A DNA stretch of 64,000 nt from Alphaproteobacteria bacterium. GTDB lineage: Bacteria > Pseudomonadota > Alphaproteobacteria > UBA7887. Location: the NCBI GenBank assembly GCA_965216755.1, contig CBDCGL010000011.1, forward strand, positions 1,760,001-1,824,000, read 5' to 3'. The translations under genes and the position numbers were made by a program. A model generated the notes under the pieces. It was not told where the DNA came from. It worked only from the letters and a program-made list of their open reading frames with translations, and searched no databases. This document shows, piece by piece, positions 1 to 10,421 of the stretch (its first letter is position 1; the number at the start of each line of letters is the position of its first letter).

Positions 1-508
1 CAACGCAATTGCCGTAAGCCAGTGCCGGGGCCATTTTCCATGCCGGAATCGCGATCGGGAAGTTCCAGGGCGTGATCAGGCCGACCACGCCAAGCGGTTC
101 GCGCGTAATGTCGACATCGACGCCGGGGCGCACCGAGTCCAGCCGATCGCCGGTCAACCGCAAGGCTTCGCCGGCAAAAAAACGAAAGATCTGGCCGGCG
201 CGCATGGCCTCACCGATCCCTTCGGGTCGGGTCTTACCTTCCTCGCGTGATAACAGGGCCCCCAATTCTTCCTTGCGGTCGAGAATTTCGGTCCCCATGC
301 GATCGAGAATTTCGGCGCGCTGTTGGATGCTCGATCGGCCCCATGCCGGCGCGGCCGCGCGGGCCGCCGCGATCGCGCTATGGGCCTGGGCCTCGTCGGC
401 GCGCGCATATTCTCCCACGACATCGGCCAGATCCGATGGATTGATGTTGCGATTGATATCCGCGCCCTCGACCCAGGCCCCATCGATCAGATTTTTGTGC
501 AAGGCCAT
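1..508 (-). CDS. NAD(P)-dependent aldehyde dehydrogenase (5' part; runs off the window start)
   Basis: Not in the ORF track. Translated by hand from ATG at 508: MALHKNLIDGAWVEG...REEGKTRPEGIGE...REPLGVVGLITPWNFPIAIPAWKMAPALAYGNCV, containing the ALDH PWNFP motif. Confidence 0.93.
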   Translation of the reverse strand, partial: MALHKNLIDGAWVEGADINRNINPSDLADVVGEYARADEAQAHSAIAAARAAAPAWGRSSIQQRAEILDRMGTEILDRKEELGALLSREEGKTRPEGIGEAMRAGQIFRFFAGEALRLTGDRLDSVRPGVDVDITREPLGVVGLITPWNFPIAIPAWKMAPALAYGNCV

Positions 509-618
509 GATGTGTTTCCTTCCCTTACCATCCGCCTGTCCACGCCCCGATAGCGATAACCCACGGCTGACCGCCGCGCAATGGCGGTCGCTGCCTAAAC
601 CAGAAAACTTTGAACCGA

Positions 619-1116
619 CTAGCGCGCGGTAGGGTGCCCCGACCCGTGCGACATGCGCCATTCCCAAGGCGGAACAAATACGTACCGCCACAGCCCACGG
701 CGCTCCTGCTTGGCACCGGCCTGTTCTGCTTTTAGGTCAAGAGCGTCACCCGGCGGCACCACCGCCCACCCGGTGTAAATCATGTTGCGAGACAAATCAT
801 AGCCACCGGCACTGCAACGGGCCAGCGGCCCACCATCGCCGAATCCCATCACGCTGTCGCAGACGACATCAACACCTGCCGTTAAGTCACTCAGCTGGGC
901 GCGCGCAACGATGCCACAATCGATCGTTTGGCCGATCGCACCACAGGTCTGGTCGAGTTCAGGCGCGTCAATGCCCGCCAAGTCCACCGTCCGCTCGCCG
1001 ACCTGCAGCGTATCGCCATCGATCACGACGGGCGCGCCCCCAAACTCCTCTGCCCAGCCCGCCGTACACGCAAGAAGCGAAGCCCCGATGGCGAGCGTAT
1101 GGGAATATCGTCTCAT
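619..1116 (-). CDS. Thermonuclease (SNase-like) family protein, exported
   Basis: VIDGDTL, LAGIDAPELDQTC, AKQERRGLW and PPWEWR motifs. Signal-peptide-like N-terminus from ATG 1116. Confidence 0.88.
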   Translation of the reverse strand: MRRYSHTLAIGASLLACTAGWAEEFGGAPVVIDGDTLQVGERTVDLAGIDAPELDQTCGAIGQTIDCGIVARAQLSDLTAGVDVVCDSVMGFGDGGPLARCSAGGYDLSRNMIYTGWAVVPPGDALDLKAEQAGAKQERRGLWRYVFVPPWEWRMSHGSGHPTAR

Positions 1117-1298
1117 AGTTGGAGAAAGATAACATGGGGGCCGACGCCGCACCATCGTGCGTCAGCGCGCGAAAGATCCGACGAAATGGGCCATAAATCC
1201 CGTGATGCTTTAGTGCCCATTATATACTTTCGAAAGAGTAGAAATTTAGCGAGCATAATACAATCTGAAGTAAACCTATAGAAACCAAAGAAGTAAGG

Positions 1299-2609
1299 TT
1301 GTCTCAAGAAATTGGGCGCACACTGGGCCAGGTTGCACCCACGCTCGGATACGTGCCCTTGACCGACGATATCGCCCATCAACTTCGCCAAGAGTTTCTG
1401 GCTGACGCCCGCGACAGCCTGGACGCGGCGCAAACGGCGCTCAACACCATATGCGACGGCAGCGGGGATCCGGGGCGTTTGGCCCTGGAGTTTCAACGTC
1501 AGATCCATACGCTAAAGGGCATGGGCGGTTCGTTCGGGTTTCCTACGATTAGCTTGCTAGCCCATCAGCTTGAGGACTTTGTCGCGGATGCCGGCGGCCT
1601 TACTGCGGCGACCGCGCGCCAGGTTGAGATCTTCCTCGACCATATCGATCAGATATTGGATACGGGCGTCGACGACGGCATGGCCAATGCCAGCGATTTG
1701 ATCCGCGCGTTGCCAACCACGCATGGGACCCAACCATGCGATTCGGCACCCGACGATATCGAAGTCGTCATGATCACCCCGTCGAAAGTATTAGCCAGAG
1801 CCGTCAAGAACATGCTGACCCCCCGTGGTTGTCGCGTTCTAATCTGCGGCACGCCATGGGAGGCGCTGGAACTGGCTGTTTGCGCGCAGCCCGATGTGAT
1901 CGTCTCGTCCGCGGTGATGGATCACGTAACTGGAATCGATCTGCTGTGCGCATTTTCACAGATCGAAGCCACATCTTCGATTCCGAAGATTGTCTTAACA
2001 AGTTTTGAACGCGACCACCCACAGCTGCAACGCCTACCCAAAGACGTGCACGTCGTCCGATCAGGGCGCGAGCATCGGGACGCTTTGGCCGCGGAAATTG
2101 TTGCCCTGGCCACCGATCGGTCACGCCGGGCAGCGGCATCAGTCGCGGATCGGGCGCTCAACATCCTGGTGGCCGAGGACAAATTGGCCAATCGCATGTT
2201 GATTCAAACGATGATCGGCAATGCACGCCATCGGCTGACGCTGGCCGAGAATGGCGCAGAAGCTGTTCGAGAATTGGAAAACGCCGAGTTCGATGTCGTT
2301 CTGATGGATATTGAGATGCCCGTCATGGACGGGATCGCGGCCACCCAGGCCGTCCGCGCTCTGCAGGAACCAAAATCCAAAGTGCCGATCATCGCCCTAA
2401 CTGGCAACGACAACGAAGACGACAAAGCGCACTACCTCAATGTCGGCATGAACGATCACGTCGCCAAGCCTATCGATCGCCGCGCCCTGTATGCCGCGAT
2501 CGAGAGGCAAACCGGCGTCGCCGTGGATGCCGCCGAACCCGGCATCGCCCAAGACGACACCAGCGGCGACGCAGACGATCCACTGTTGAGCCTCGCGGCT
2601 TCCCTGTAA
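1299..2609 (+). CDS. Hpt domain fused to two receiver domains (phosphorelay protein)
   Basis: Hpt motif IHTLKGMGGSFGF. REC1 PDVIVSSAVMD has no canonical phospho-acceptor Asp. REC2 FDVVLMDIEMPVMDG...IIALTG...AKP is canonical. The start may be GTG at 1353. Confidence 0.88.
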   Translation: MSQEIGRTLGQVAPTLGYVPLTDDIAHQLRQEFLADARDSLDAAQTALNTICDGSGDPGRLALEFQRQIHTLKGMGGSFGFPTISLLAHQLEDFVADAGGLTAATARQVEIFLDHIDQILDTGVDDGMANASDLIRALPTTHGTQPCDSAPDDIEVVMITPSKVLARAVKNMLTPRGCRVLICGTPWEALELAVCAQPDVIVSSAVMDHVTGIDLLCAFSQIEATSSIPKIVLTSFERDHPQLQRLPKDVHVVRSGREHRDALAAEIVALATDRSRRAAASVADRALNILVAEDKLANRMLIQTMIGNARHRLTLAENGAEAVRELENAEFDVVLMDIEMPVMDGIAATQAVRALQEPKSKVPIIALTGNDNEDDKAHYLNVGMNDHVAKPIDRRALYAAIERQTGVAVDAAEPGIAQDDTSGDADDPLLSLAASL

Positions 2610-2706
2610 TACGGCTTCCTTCTTCTTGGACCGCACCGATTGCGTGATGGTCGCGGCGCGCTATCGTTTGTCGTAAAGCGGGCGTCTGATTCCTCGGCGC
2701 ACATAT

Positions 2707-3636
2707 GTGTGGCGCATTTGGGAGGACATGGGGATGGGCCGCGTAAGCACGCTAGTCGGCTTGGTAATCGCGCTTGTCGTGGGGATGATCATCGGCCGGC
2801 AATATTTCGCGCCGGACGCCGGCACGGTTGCGGTCACTGAAACCGTTGCCAGCGATAATCAGGCTGAGGCGACAACAGCCGATGCCGAAGCCGCGCTGCA
2901 AACGGTCACACGGAAAATGGGCAGCGCCCAGATGAGCTCATGGCCGATCCACGGCGATCTCGGAAAATTGTTGGTCGACAATCTTGACGCGGTTTCCGGT
3001 GGAACGTTGCAAGCCAAGTATTTCGAACCCGGCGCCCTAGTGCCGGCGCTCGAGTTGTTCGACGCCGTGTCCACCGGGCCGGTCGACGCGGGCTGGTCGA
3101 GCCCCGGCCAAAGGGCTGGCAAAGAACCGGCGATGGTCATGTTCACAACCATCCCGTTTGGGCCCAACATGGGCGGGTATCTATCGCGGCTTTGGAACTG
3201 GGAACCATCCATCGACGCGCTGGAATTCTCGATGCCGATCAGCGATTTGGCCCAATGACTTTATCAAGTGGCCAAACATCATTACTTGCCTGGCTGGCAC
3301 CAGCAAACCAGCTTGTTCGAGGTCATTATCAACGTGGATCGCTGGAACGCGTTTTCAGATACACACAAACGACAAATCGAAGTGGTTTGCGGCGACATGT
3401 TTCGCGCCGGCGCCGCCATGTCTGAAGCCATGCAAGTCACGGCACTGGAGGAACTCAAGGCCGAGGGCGTGACCTTGCACCAGTGGTCGCCCGAAATGCT
3501 GGACAAGTTCGGCGAGGCGACGGATCAAGTGATGGCTGAAGAATCGGCCAACAATGAAATCTTCGCGCGCGTCTGGGAGTCGCTCAAGTCATTTCGGGAT
3601 GCCTATACCGAATGGCGCGAGATGGGATATCTTTAG
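2707..3636 (+). pseudogene. TRAP transporter substrate-binding protein (DctP/TakP-like), disrupted
   Basis: Motifs EPGALVPALELFDAVSTG and IDALEFSMP...HHYLPGWHQ. The two ORFs (2707-3258 and 3268-3636) are in the same frame, separated by TGA at 3256-3258. The central DctP segment appears deleted. Confidence 0.8.
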
Positions 3637-4751
3637 GCAGCTAGAACTGTTCCTGCGCAGTACGTTGAGACCTCGGCAGCGGGACGGTGTCCGAGGATAC
3701 CATCTGCCACCGCCCGCCCCATGACAGGCGCGAACTTGAAACCATGGCCGGAAAAACCGGTCATGACCCATGCGCGGTCTTGGCCATCAAGCGGTTCGAC
3801 AATAAATCGTTCATCGGCGGCCACTGTGTAGTAACAAGCCAGCGTACGTGCCACGCGATAGTCGGCGCTGGCGCGCAGAATCTCGCGCGCCGCGCGCAAA
3901 TTCGCCTCGATATCGGCTTGTGTGACCTGGCGGTCGTCGTCGGGATCGCCGGATGGCGTCAAAGTGTGAATGCCGATCTTGCCGGGTGCCCCACCGGCCG
4001 GCGGCAACAGGAACGCGCCACCGCTGAGGCTAACATCCAATAACATCGGTCCATCGTCCCACGACACAGCCAGCGACGGCGGTGGCTCCAAATACACCAA
4101 GATCTGACGCGATGGCTTTGCACGGGTCGCGAAATCGGGCCGCAGCCGCGCGACCCAAGGCCCCGCCGCAATGATGACGGCATCAGCGCGAACCTCGTCG
4201 CCGCGATCCAACACGACCATCGCGCGCGCTGTGTCAACAGACGCCACCGAGGTCTCCGTCAGTATGGTCGCACCGCGCGTGATGACATAGTCGGCCAGAG
4301 CACCGACGATTTGATCTGCCAACAGCAGGCCACCGTCCGCCAAGAAATAGCCACCCTCAAACCCGTCCGTTCGGATATGCGGCCGACGGGATTCCATGTC
4401 CGCACATGTCAACGTCTCAAAGGGCAAGTTGTCGGCCCGCATGGCGCGCACCGACTCCGTTACCCAGCCGGCGCCACCGCGTGACCCAATCAGAGTCCCT
4501 TTGCGAACAAATAGCTGGCGGCCAAGATCGGCCCACAAGTCATCCCACGCGCGATAAGCTTGGCCCACCATGCGCATATAGCCGATCGCGGGCCCATAGG
4601 GCCGCCGAATCACCCGTTGTGAGTCGACTGAACTGCCACGGGGATTGGGCAATGGCCCCTGCTCCATGACCGTCACCGTACAGCCGTGCGTTTGCAGGGC
4701 CCAGGCGGCGCACAAGCCCATGATGCCACCGCCGACTATCGTGATGTCCAT
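3633..4751 (-). CDS. FAD-dependent oxidoreductase, monomeric sarcosine oxidase/SolA-like
   Basis: IVGGGIMG Rossmann motif, GSSVDSQRVIR, CYYT (covalent-flavin Cys region) and GFSGHGFKFAPVMG. Confidence 0.85.
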   Translation of the reverse strand: MDITIVGGGIMGLCAAWALQTHGCTVTVMEQGPLPNPRGSSVDSQRVIRRPYGPAIGYMRMVGQAYRAWDDLWADLGRQLFVRKGTLIGSRGGAGWVTESVRAMRADNLPFETLTCADMESRRPHIRTDGFEGGYFLADGGLLLADQIVGALADYVITRGATILTETSVASVDTARAMVVLDRGDEVRADAVIIAAGPWVARLRPDFATRAKPSRQILVYLEPPPSLAVSWDDGPMLLDVSLSGGAFLLPPAGGAPGKIGIHTLTPSGDPDDDRQVTQADIEANLRAAREILRASADYRVARTLACYYTVAADERFIVEPLDGQDRAWVMTGFSGHGFKFAPVMGRAVADGILGHRPAAEVSTYCAGTVLAA

Positions 4752-4837
4752 CGCCGCTCCTTTCCGCCACGACACTCTTGCGATCATCGTGCCGCGAGGC
4801 AACACTCGTCATCTGAGCGCAACATGGAGACACGGCC

Positions 4838-5518
4838 ATGGCAAGCAAGATTCCGAGCTTTGACGCTTTTCTCAAGAAAGCGATAAAACGCGCCGGCGGC
4901 GAAGCGGAACTCGCCGCCATGCTGCCCGATCCGGAAACGGACAAAACTTTGCGGGCGCGCAGTGACGACCGCTACTTATCGCTGCTGAGTCTGCGCGTGT
5001 TTTCGGCGGGGCTGAAGCATTCCATGGTCGAAGCAAAGTGGCCAGCCTTTGAAGAAGTTTTCCATGGCTTCAAACCCAAGCGGGTCGCCGCCATGCACGA
5101 CGAAGATATCGAAAAACTCATGGGTGACCGTCGCCTGATCCGCCATCTGCCCAAAATGCGCTCGGTGCCGATCAACGCCGCCGCGATTGTCGCGATCGCG
5201 AAGGAGGCCGGCAGTTTCGGCAATTGGCTGGCGGATTGGCCAAGCGACGACATGGTTGGCTTGTGGCGCGATATGGGCAAGCGCTTCAAACAGTTGGGTG
5301 GCAGCTCAACGCCCTATTTCCTTCGCATGGTCGGCAAGGACACGTTCGTGCTGACACCCGATGTGGTCAAGGCGCTAAATGGCGCCAATATCATCGATAA
5401 GAAACCGACATCGCAAAAAGACATGGCCGCGGTGCAAACTGCTTTCAACGCGTGGCATGAACAGACTGGCCGGCCACTGTGCCACCTAAGCCGTATGTTG
5501 GCCCTTTCAGTCGGATAA
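4838..5518 (+). CDS. DNA-3-methyladenine glycosylase I family protein
   Basis: VFSAGLKHSMVEAKWPAFEEVFHGF, RLIRHLPK and RFKQLGG motifs. Confidence 0.8.
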   Translation: MASKIPSFDAFLKKAIKRAGGEAELAAMLPDPETDKTLRARSDDRYLSLLSLRVFSAGLKHSMVEAKWPAFEEVFHGFKPKRVAAMHDEDIEKLMGDRRLIRHLPKMRSVPINAAAIVAIAKEAGSFGNWLADWPSDDMVGLWRDMGKRFKQLGGSSTPYFLRMVGKDTFVLTPDVVKALNGANIIDKKPTSQKDMAAVQTAFNAWHEQTGRPLCHLSRMLALSVG

Positions 5519-5608
5519 CGGTCGAGTTTTGATTGTCATCGCGGGGTCGTCCTGAAAAAATGCGGCCGCCTTTCGCAGGGGCCGAAAAGTATAAGGGAGG
5601 GACGAACC

Positions 5609-6718
5609 GTGCAAACCAGAGCCGCGGTCGCACACAAGGCTGACGCACCACTGGCCATTGAAACCGTGGACCTTGACGGCCCTCGCGAAGGCGAATGCCT
5701 GATTGAAATCAAAGCAACCGGCATCTGCCACACCGATGAGTTCACGCGCTCCGGCGCCGACCCGGAAGGTGTATTCCCCGCCATTCTTGGTCATGAAGGT
5801 GCCGGCGTCGTGGTCGATGTCGGCCCGGGCGTCAGTACGCTCAGGAAGGGCGATCACGTCATCCCGCTCTACGTGCCGGAATGTCGTCAGTGTGAGTACT
5901 GTCTCAGTGGCAAAACCAACCTGTGTCAGAGCGTGCGCGAGACACAGGGCCGCGGCGTAATGCCCGACGGCACCAGCCGCTTTCGCCTCGGATCGGAACA
6001 GTTGTTTCACTATATGGGCACATCGACCTTTTCCAACTTCACGGTTGTGCCGGAAATCGCGCTCGCCAAAATTCGCGAAGACGCGCCGTTCGACAAGGTT
6101 TGCTATATCGGCTGCGGTGTCACCACCGGCCTTGGCGCGGTCATGAATACGGCCAAGGTCACACCCGGCGCCAATGTGGTGGTGTTTGGCTTGGGCGGGA
6201 TCGGGCTCAACGTCATCCAGGGGGCGCGCATCGCCGGCGCCGACATCATCGTTGGCGTTGACATCAATCCCGGCAAAAAGGCCCTGGCCGAGACATTCGG
6301 CATGACTCACTTCGTCAACCCCAAAGAAGTCGAGGGCGATCTAGTGCCCTACTTGGTCAATCTCACCAAGGGCGGCGCCGACTACAGCTTTGAATGCATC
6401 GGCAATGTCAACACCATGCGCCAGGCATTGGAGTGCTGTCACAAAGGTTGGGGCGAAAGCGTGATCATCGGCGTCGCCGGCGCCGGTCAGGAAATCACGA
6501 CGCGGCCATTTCAGCTGGTGACAGGTCGGGTGTGGCGTGGCACGGCGTTTGGCGGCGCCAAGGGCCGCACCGACGTGCCCAAAATCGTCGACTGGTACAT
6601 GGACGGCAAGATAAACATCGATGACCTGATCACCCACACAATGCCCCTTGACGATATCAACAAAGCCTTTGATCTGATGCATGAAGGCGAGTCGATTCGC
6701 AGCGTGGTGTTGTTTTAG
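5609..6718 (+). CDS. frmA: S-(hydroxymethyl)glutathione dehydrogenase / class III alcohol dehydrogenase
   Basis: GICHTD, GHEGAG, CRQCEYC..C structural Zn site, [10 protein letters not shown] and [12 protein letters not shown]. Confidence 0.96.
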   Translation: MQTRAAVAHKADAPLAIETVDLDGPREGECLIEIKATGICHTDEFTRSGADPEGVFPAILGHEGAGVVVDVGPGVSTLRKGDHVIPLYVPECRQCEYCLSGKTNLCQSVRETQGRGVMPDGTSRFRLGSEQLFHYMGTSTFSNFTVVPEIALAKIREDAPFDKVCYIGCGVTTGLGAVMNTAKVTPGANVVVFGLGGIGLNVIQGARIAGADIIVGVDINPGKKALAETFGMTHFVNPKEVEGDLVPYLVNLTKGGADYSFECIGNVNTMRQALECCHKGWGESVIIGVAGAGQEITTRPFQLVTGRVWRGTAFGGAKGRTDVPKIVDWYMDGKINIDDLITHTMPLDDINKAFDLMHEGESIRSVVLF

Positions 6719-6827
6719 TCGTTTGTGAAAGGCGGCGGCCAAATTGGTCGTCGCCCGCCGCACACATCCCCGGCAACCGAGTCCACTTATGGCCTGGTCG
6801 CGCGCCGCCCACGCAATATCTTCCCCC

Positions 6828-6952
6828 GTCACCCGCGGATTTGATTCGCGGGCCAGTGGCTCAGACCATCGCGTGTCGCACGCATCGCCAGCGAGAGCAT
6901 CCGCCGCTGCCCTTTGTTTTGAGCGCAGGCTGCAAGACAAGCCCGGAACAAC
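6828..6952. repeat. Degenerate alphaproteobacterial REP-like palindromic element
   Basis: GTCACCCGCGGATTTGATTCGCGGGCCA hairpin (6828-6855) and a decayed partner ...GACAAGCCCGG (~6936-6946) between convergent genes. Similar motifs occur at 57511 and 60957. Confidence 0.4.
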
Positions 6953-6993
6953 TTTCTGCGATCCTTAGCCCGAGCACCAATTGATCGGTTCGG

Positions 6994-7479
6994 CTAGCCC
7001 ATGCTGAGCGTGTCGATACCGACCGACAGGTCTTGTCGGTGCGCCGCTTCGAAGATAATCGAGGTCTCCAGCTGGGTCACGCCCGGACGACTGGTAAATC
7101 GATCCAAGGCCAAGTCCTTCAAATGCTTCATGTCGCGCACCACCACATGCACGATCATGTCGTGGCGGCCAGTGACCAGATAGGCCGAACGTACTTCAGG
7201 GAACGCCACCACCTCGTTGAGGAAGTCCTCGACGACGTCGCGCGTGTGTTTCTCCAGCGCGATGAATAGCAACGCCTCTAGCTCCAGCCCCAATGCGGCG
7301 TAATCGATGTCGGCATGCATGCCGCGCAACACGCCGTCGGCGCGCAGACGCTTAAGCCGTTCATGGCAACTGGATGGAGCCAGCTTGACCGCGTGGGCCA
7401 GCTGCTTGTTGGACATCCGCGCATCCTTCCGCAAAAGGCGCAGGATTTCGAAATCCGTTCGGTCAAGCACGGCACCCAT
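6994..7479 (-). CDS. Lrp/AsnC family transcriptional regulator
   Basis: LDRTDFEILRLLRKDARMSNKQLA...RLKRLRADGVL HTH and VTGRHD in the RAM domain. Confidence 0.93.
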   Translation of the reverse strand: MGAVLDRTDFEILRLLRKDARMSNKQLAHAVKLAPSSCHERLKRLRADGVLRGMHADIDYAALGLELEALLFIALEKHTRDVVEDFLNEVVAFPEVRSAYLVTGRHDMIVHVVVRDMKHLKDLALDRFTSRPGVTQLETSIIFEAAHRQDLSVGIDTLSMG

Positions 7480-7569
7480 GGAAGATCCCCGAATTCAATT
7501 CGATGGTGTTTGATTAATTCCGATGATATTTCTTTAAAATAAGAATCAAAACGAATAAATGAGAATGCG

Positions 7570-8469
7570 ATGATCGATCCTCAGGCCCTGGCCATCTCTG
7601 AGTCCGACATCAATCAGTTCCAACAGGATGGCTTCCTTGTCCGCCGCGGCGTGGTGACTGCGTCGGCGGTCGAGCGCCTGCGCGATAGCTTCCCGCGCAT
7701 TTTTGCGGGCGACTTTGATACCGGTGTTTATCCGGACGAATGGCATTGGCGCGCGGGCATGAGCCTGCCGGACGTGACCCGCCACATCGGCAATGCCTGG
7801 AAATCGGATCTGACCATCGCACGTTTGGTGTTGTCGGCGGACATCGCCCGGGCGACCGGGACGCTAGCCGATTGGTCCGGCATCCGGCTTGGGCAAGACA
7901 CCATCTGGTGGAAGCCGGCGCAGTGCAAAGCGATCACGGTGCACCAAGACACGTCATTTCTCGATTTCCTCAATCCGGCGCAAACAGTGACCTGCTGGGT
8001 GACATTGGACGACACCCATCGCGATGCCGGCACCATCGAATATGTGCCAGGCTCACATCGTTGGCCGCTAACCAAAATCCCCGCCGACTTCCACGCGCCC
8101 GACGACTACCGGGCCAATATGAAGGCGGCCGCCCGCGCGGTCGGTGTCACACCGCCGGAACCGGTCAAAATCGAAGCACCGGCGGGCTCGGTCGTGTTCC
8201 ACATTGGCGAGGTCTGGCACGGCTCCGGACCCAACATTACGGCCGACAGAATGCGCCGCTCCATCGGGATTCACCTATTGCCGGCCTGGGCGCAATTCAG
8301 CGATCGGCCCGGCGGTTATATCTATCGCCGCTATCAAATCACCGGCGACCCACGGCTAAACGAAAGTTTTTTCCCAATCCTTTGGCAAGGCGACGGCTAT
8401 CGCACCGGCTGGATCGAGGCTTATTGCAACAGCGGTCAGCGGCGAGACCCGGTCGCCGCCGCGAGCTAA
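7570..8469 (+). CDS. Phytanoyl-CoA dioxygenase (PhyH) family Fe(II)/2OG dioxygenase
   Basis: FQQDGFL, HQD iron motif, VPGSH and WHGSGPN...RR. Divergent from the Lrp regulator. Confidence 0.9.
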   Translation: MIDPQALAISESDINQFQQDGFLVRRGVVTASAVERLRDSFPRIFAGDFDTGVYPDEWHWRAGMSLPDVTRHIGNAWKSDLTIARLVLSADIARATGTLADWSGIRLGQDTIWWKPAQCKAITVHQDTSFLDFLNPAQTVTCWVTLDDTHRDAGTIEYVPGSHRWPLTKIPADFHAPDDYRANMKAAARAVGVTPPEPVKIEAPAGSVVFHIGEVWHGSGPNITADRMRRSIGIHLLPAWAQFSDRPGGYIYRRYQITGDPRLNESFFPILWQGDGYRTGWIEAYCNSGQRRDPVAAAS

Positions 8470-8487
8470 GAGGCACTGCGAACGGAT

Positions 8488-9114
8488 CTAGCCGGCGATC
8501 GGCCACCCTGGCCGGTCCATGCGAAACACGTCACGCACGCGCACATAGTCCATGTAACCGAGTCGTCCGATCACATCGAGCCGCGCAAAGTCGACCATGC
8601 CATCGACCAGAACCGCGTCATCGATATGGACGCCGACGACCTTGCCGATCACCATGTTGGCCGGCTGATCCGGTCGCGTGCTGAGCAGCGGGACCGTCTG
8701 CAAATATTCGCATTCCAAATGAACCGGGCTTTCGGCGACGCGCGGCGCGGCGACCAGCTCCGCTGGCGCCTTGGTCAACCTGGCGACTTCGAACTCGTCG
8801 ACATCATGGGGCGCCGGACTTGCGGATCGGTTCATTGCCTCGCGAGTCTCCCATGTTGCCAAATTGACGACGTAACCGCCGGTAGCCTCGATATTGGCGA
8901 TCGTGTCCTTCAAGCCGCCGGCCTCATGCGGCCCGGTCGCGGAAAACATCACCTGAGGCGGCGTGTACGCAACGCCGTTGAAAAACGAATATGGCGCGAG
9001 GTTGACGACACCATCGGCGTCAACCGAGGAAATCCACCCGATGGGGCGCGGGACCACCAGAGCGTTGAACGGATTGTGCGGCAGGCCGTGAGGCAGATCG
9101 GTGCAATAGAACAT
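8488..9114 (-). CDS. Flavin reductase family protein (DIM6/NTAB-like)
   Basis: VVPRPIGWISS, NLAPYSFFN, KDTIANIEATG and ESPVHLEC motifs. Confidence 0.9.
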   Translation of the reverse strand: MFYCTDLPHGLPHNPFNALVVPRPIGWISSVDADGVVNLAPYSFFNGVAYTPPQVMFSATGPHEAGGLKDTIANIEATGGYVVNLATWETREAMNRSASPAPHDVDEFEVARLTKAPAELVAAPRVAESPVHLECEYLQTVPLLSTRPDQPANMVIGKVVGVHIDDAVLVDGMVDFARLDVIGRLGYMDYVRVRDVFRMDRPGWPIAG

Positions 9115-9239
9115 GTCGCCTTTGTCGCCGAACCACGGGCGGCGCGCAAGTCTTGTGGCAAATGACGGCTGGTCGCGCCGAGCCGTGGGGTCCACTAGAC
9201 TGTGCCCGCAAGACACCAATGCCTGTGGGGAGGTTAACG

Positions 9240-10241
9240 ATGGTCGATACGATCAAATGGGGCGTTTTGAGCACGGCGCGCATCGGTACCAATATCGTGA
9301 TTCCGGCGACGCAGGCGGCAGCGAACAATGAAGTCGCAGCAATCGCATCGCGCAATCCGGAGACCGCCAAGGTGGCCGCCGACCGGCTCGGCATTCCTAA
9401 AGCTTACGGCAACTACAACGACCTGCTGGCAGATCCCGATATCGACGCGATCTACAATCCGCTACCCAACGACATGCATCTGGAATGGACCAGCCGCGCG
9501 GCAGAGGCGGGCAAGCACGTCTTGAGCGAAAAGCCGCTTACCATGGACGTGGCGGAAGCCGAACGCATGCTCTCTGTTCGCGATCGCTGTGGCGTACATA
9601 TCGTCGAAGCCTTCATGGTCCGCTATCATCCGCGTTGGTTGCGGGCGCGCGAACTGGTCCAGTCCGGTCGACTCGGCGAGATCCGTCTTATTCAGACGAT
9701 CTTCTCGCGCTTCAACGTCGATCAGGATGATATCCGCAATCGACACCAAACCGGCGGCGGCGCGATTTATGACAAAGGCAGCTACGCACTGACCACCGCA
9801 CGGTTCATACTTGGCAAAGAACCCGAACGGCTGGTTGCGCAATTCATGGTTGACCCGGAATTCGACGTCGATGTGGTGAGCAGCGTCGTCGCCGTCTTTC
9901 CGAACAATTGCCAATTGTCGTTCACTGCGGCAACGCAAATGGCCGACTTGCAGCGCGTCGAAATTTTCGGCACCGATGGACGCCTGACCGTGGATCGCGC
10001 GTTTACCCCGCCACCCGACCAACCGACCACACTGACCATCGACGTTGGCGCCCACCCGGAAACCGTCGAGACCGAGCAATTTGAACCGGTCAATCAATAC
10101 ACGGCCCAGGCCGAGTCATTCGCGCGGGTTATCCGCGGCGAAATCGCGCCGCCTTGGCCGCTTGAAGACGCCATCCGAAACATGCGTGCCATCGACGCAA
10201 CCTTCCGCTCCCATCAGACCGGTCAATGGGCCTCTGTTTAG
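9240..10241 (+). CDS. Gfo/Idh/MocA family oxidoreductase
   Basis: WGVLSTARIG, DAIYNPLPN, GKHVLSEKP and GGGAIYD motifs. Confidence 0.92.
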   Translation: MVDTIKWGVLSTARIGTNIVIPATQAAANNEVAAIASRNPETAKVAADRLGIPKAYGNYNDLLADPDIDAIYNPLPNDMHLEWTSRAAEAGKHVLSEKPLTMDVAEAERMLSVRDRCGVHIVEAFMVRYHPRWLRARELVQSGRLGEIRLIQTIFSRFNVDQDDIRNRHQTGGGAIYDKGSYALTTARFILGKEPERLVAQFMVDPEFDVDVVSSVVAVFPNNCQLSFTAATQMADLQRVEIFGTDGRLTVDRAFTPPPDQPTTLTIDVGAHPETVETEQFEPVNQYTAQAESFARVIRGEIAPPWPLEDAIRNMRAIDATFRSHQTGQWASV

Positions 10242-10421
10242 GTTTCGCACTGCCATGAGGTTTGGGCATGGGCCCCGCCCGCTTCCGGGAGTGGAAAACC
10301 ACACGCGCGCGCGGGACAATGGCAGCAATCGAACGTTTGACTAAGGGCCCGCCCGTGTTGGTTGCCAGTGTAGATTTGGCGCCAGCTGGTGGCCCGATTG
10401 CATCGTCTGGAGGGACTTGCC

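Noticed and set aside
3256-3258. In-frame TGA as selenocysteine or programmed read-through
   Set aside because: The position corresponds to Gly rather than Cys, no SECIS-like hairpin is evident, and the gene has other lesions.
5507-6310. Long antisense/alternate-frame ORFs (e.g. 5507-6310, 7740-8684, 11193-12095, 33108-33899, 53420-54409, 55823-56608)
   Set aside because: Shadow ORFs of real genes, expected in GC-rich DNA, with no protein motifs.
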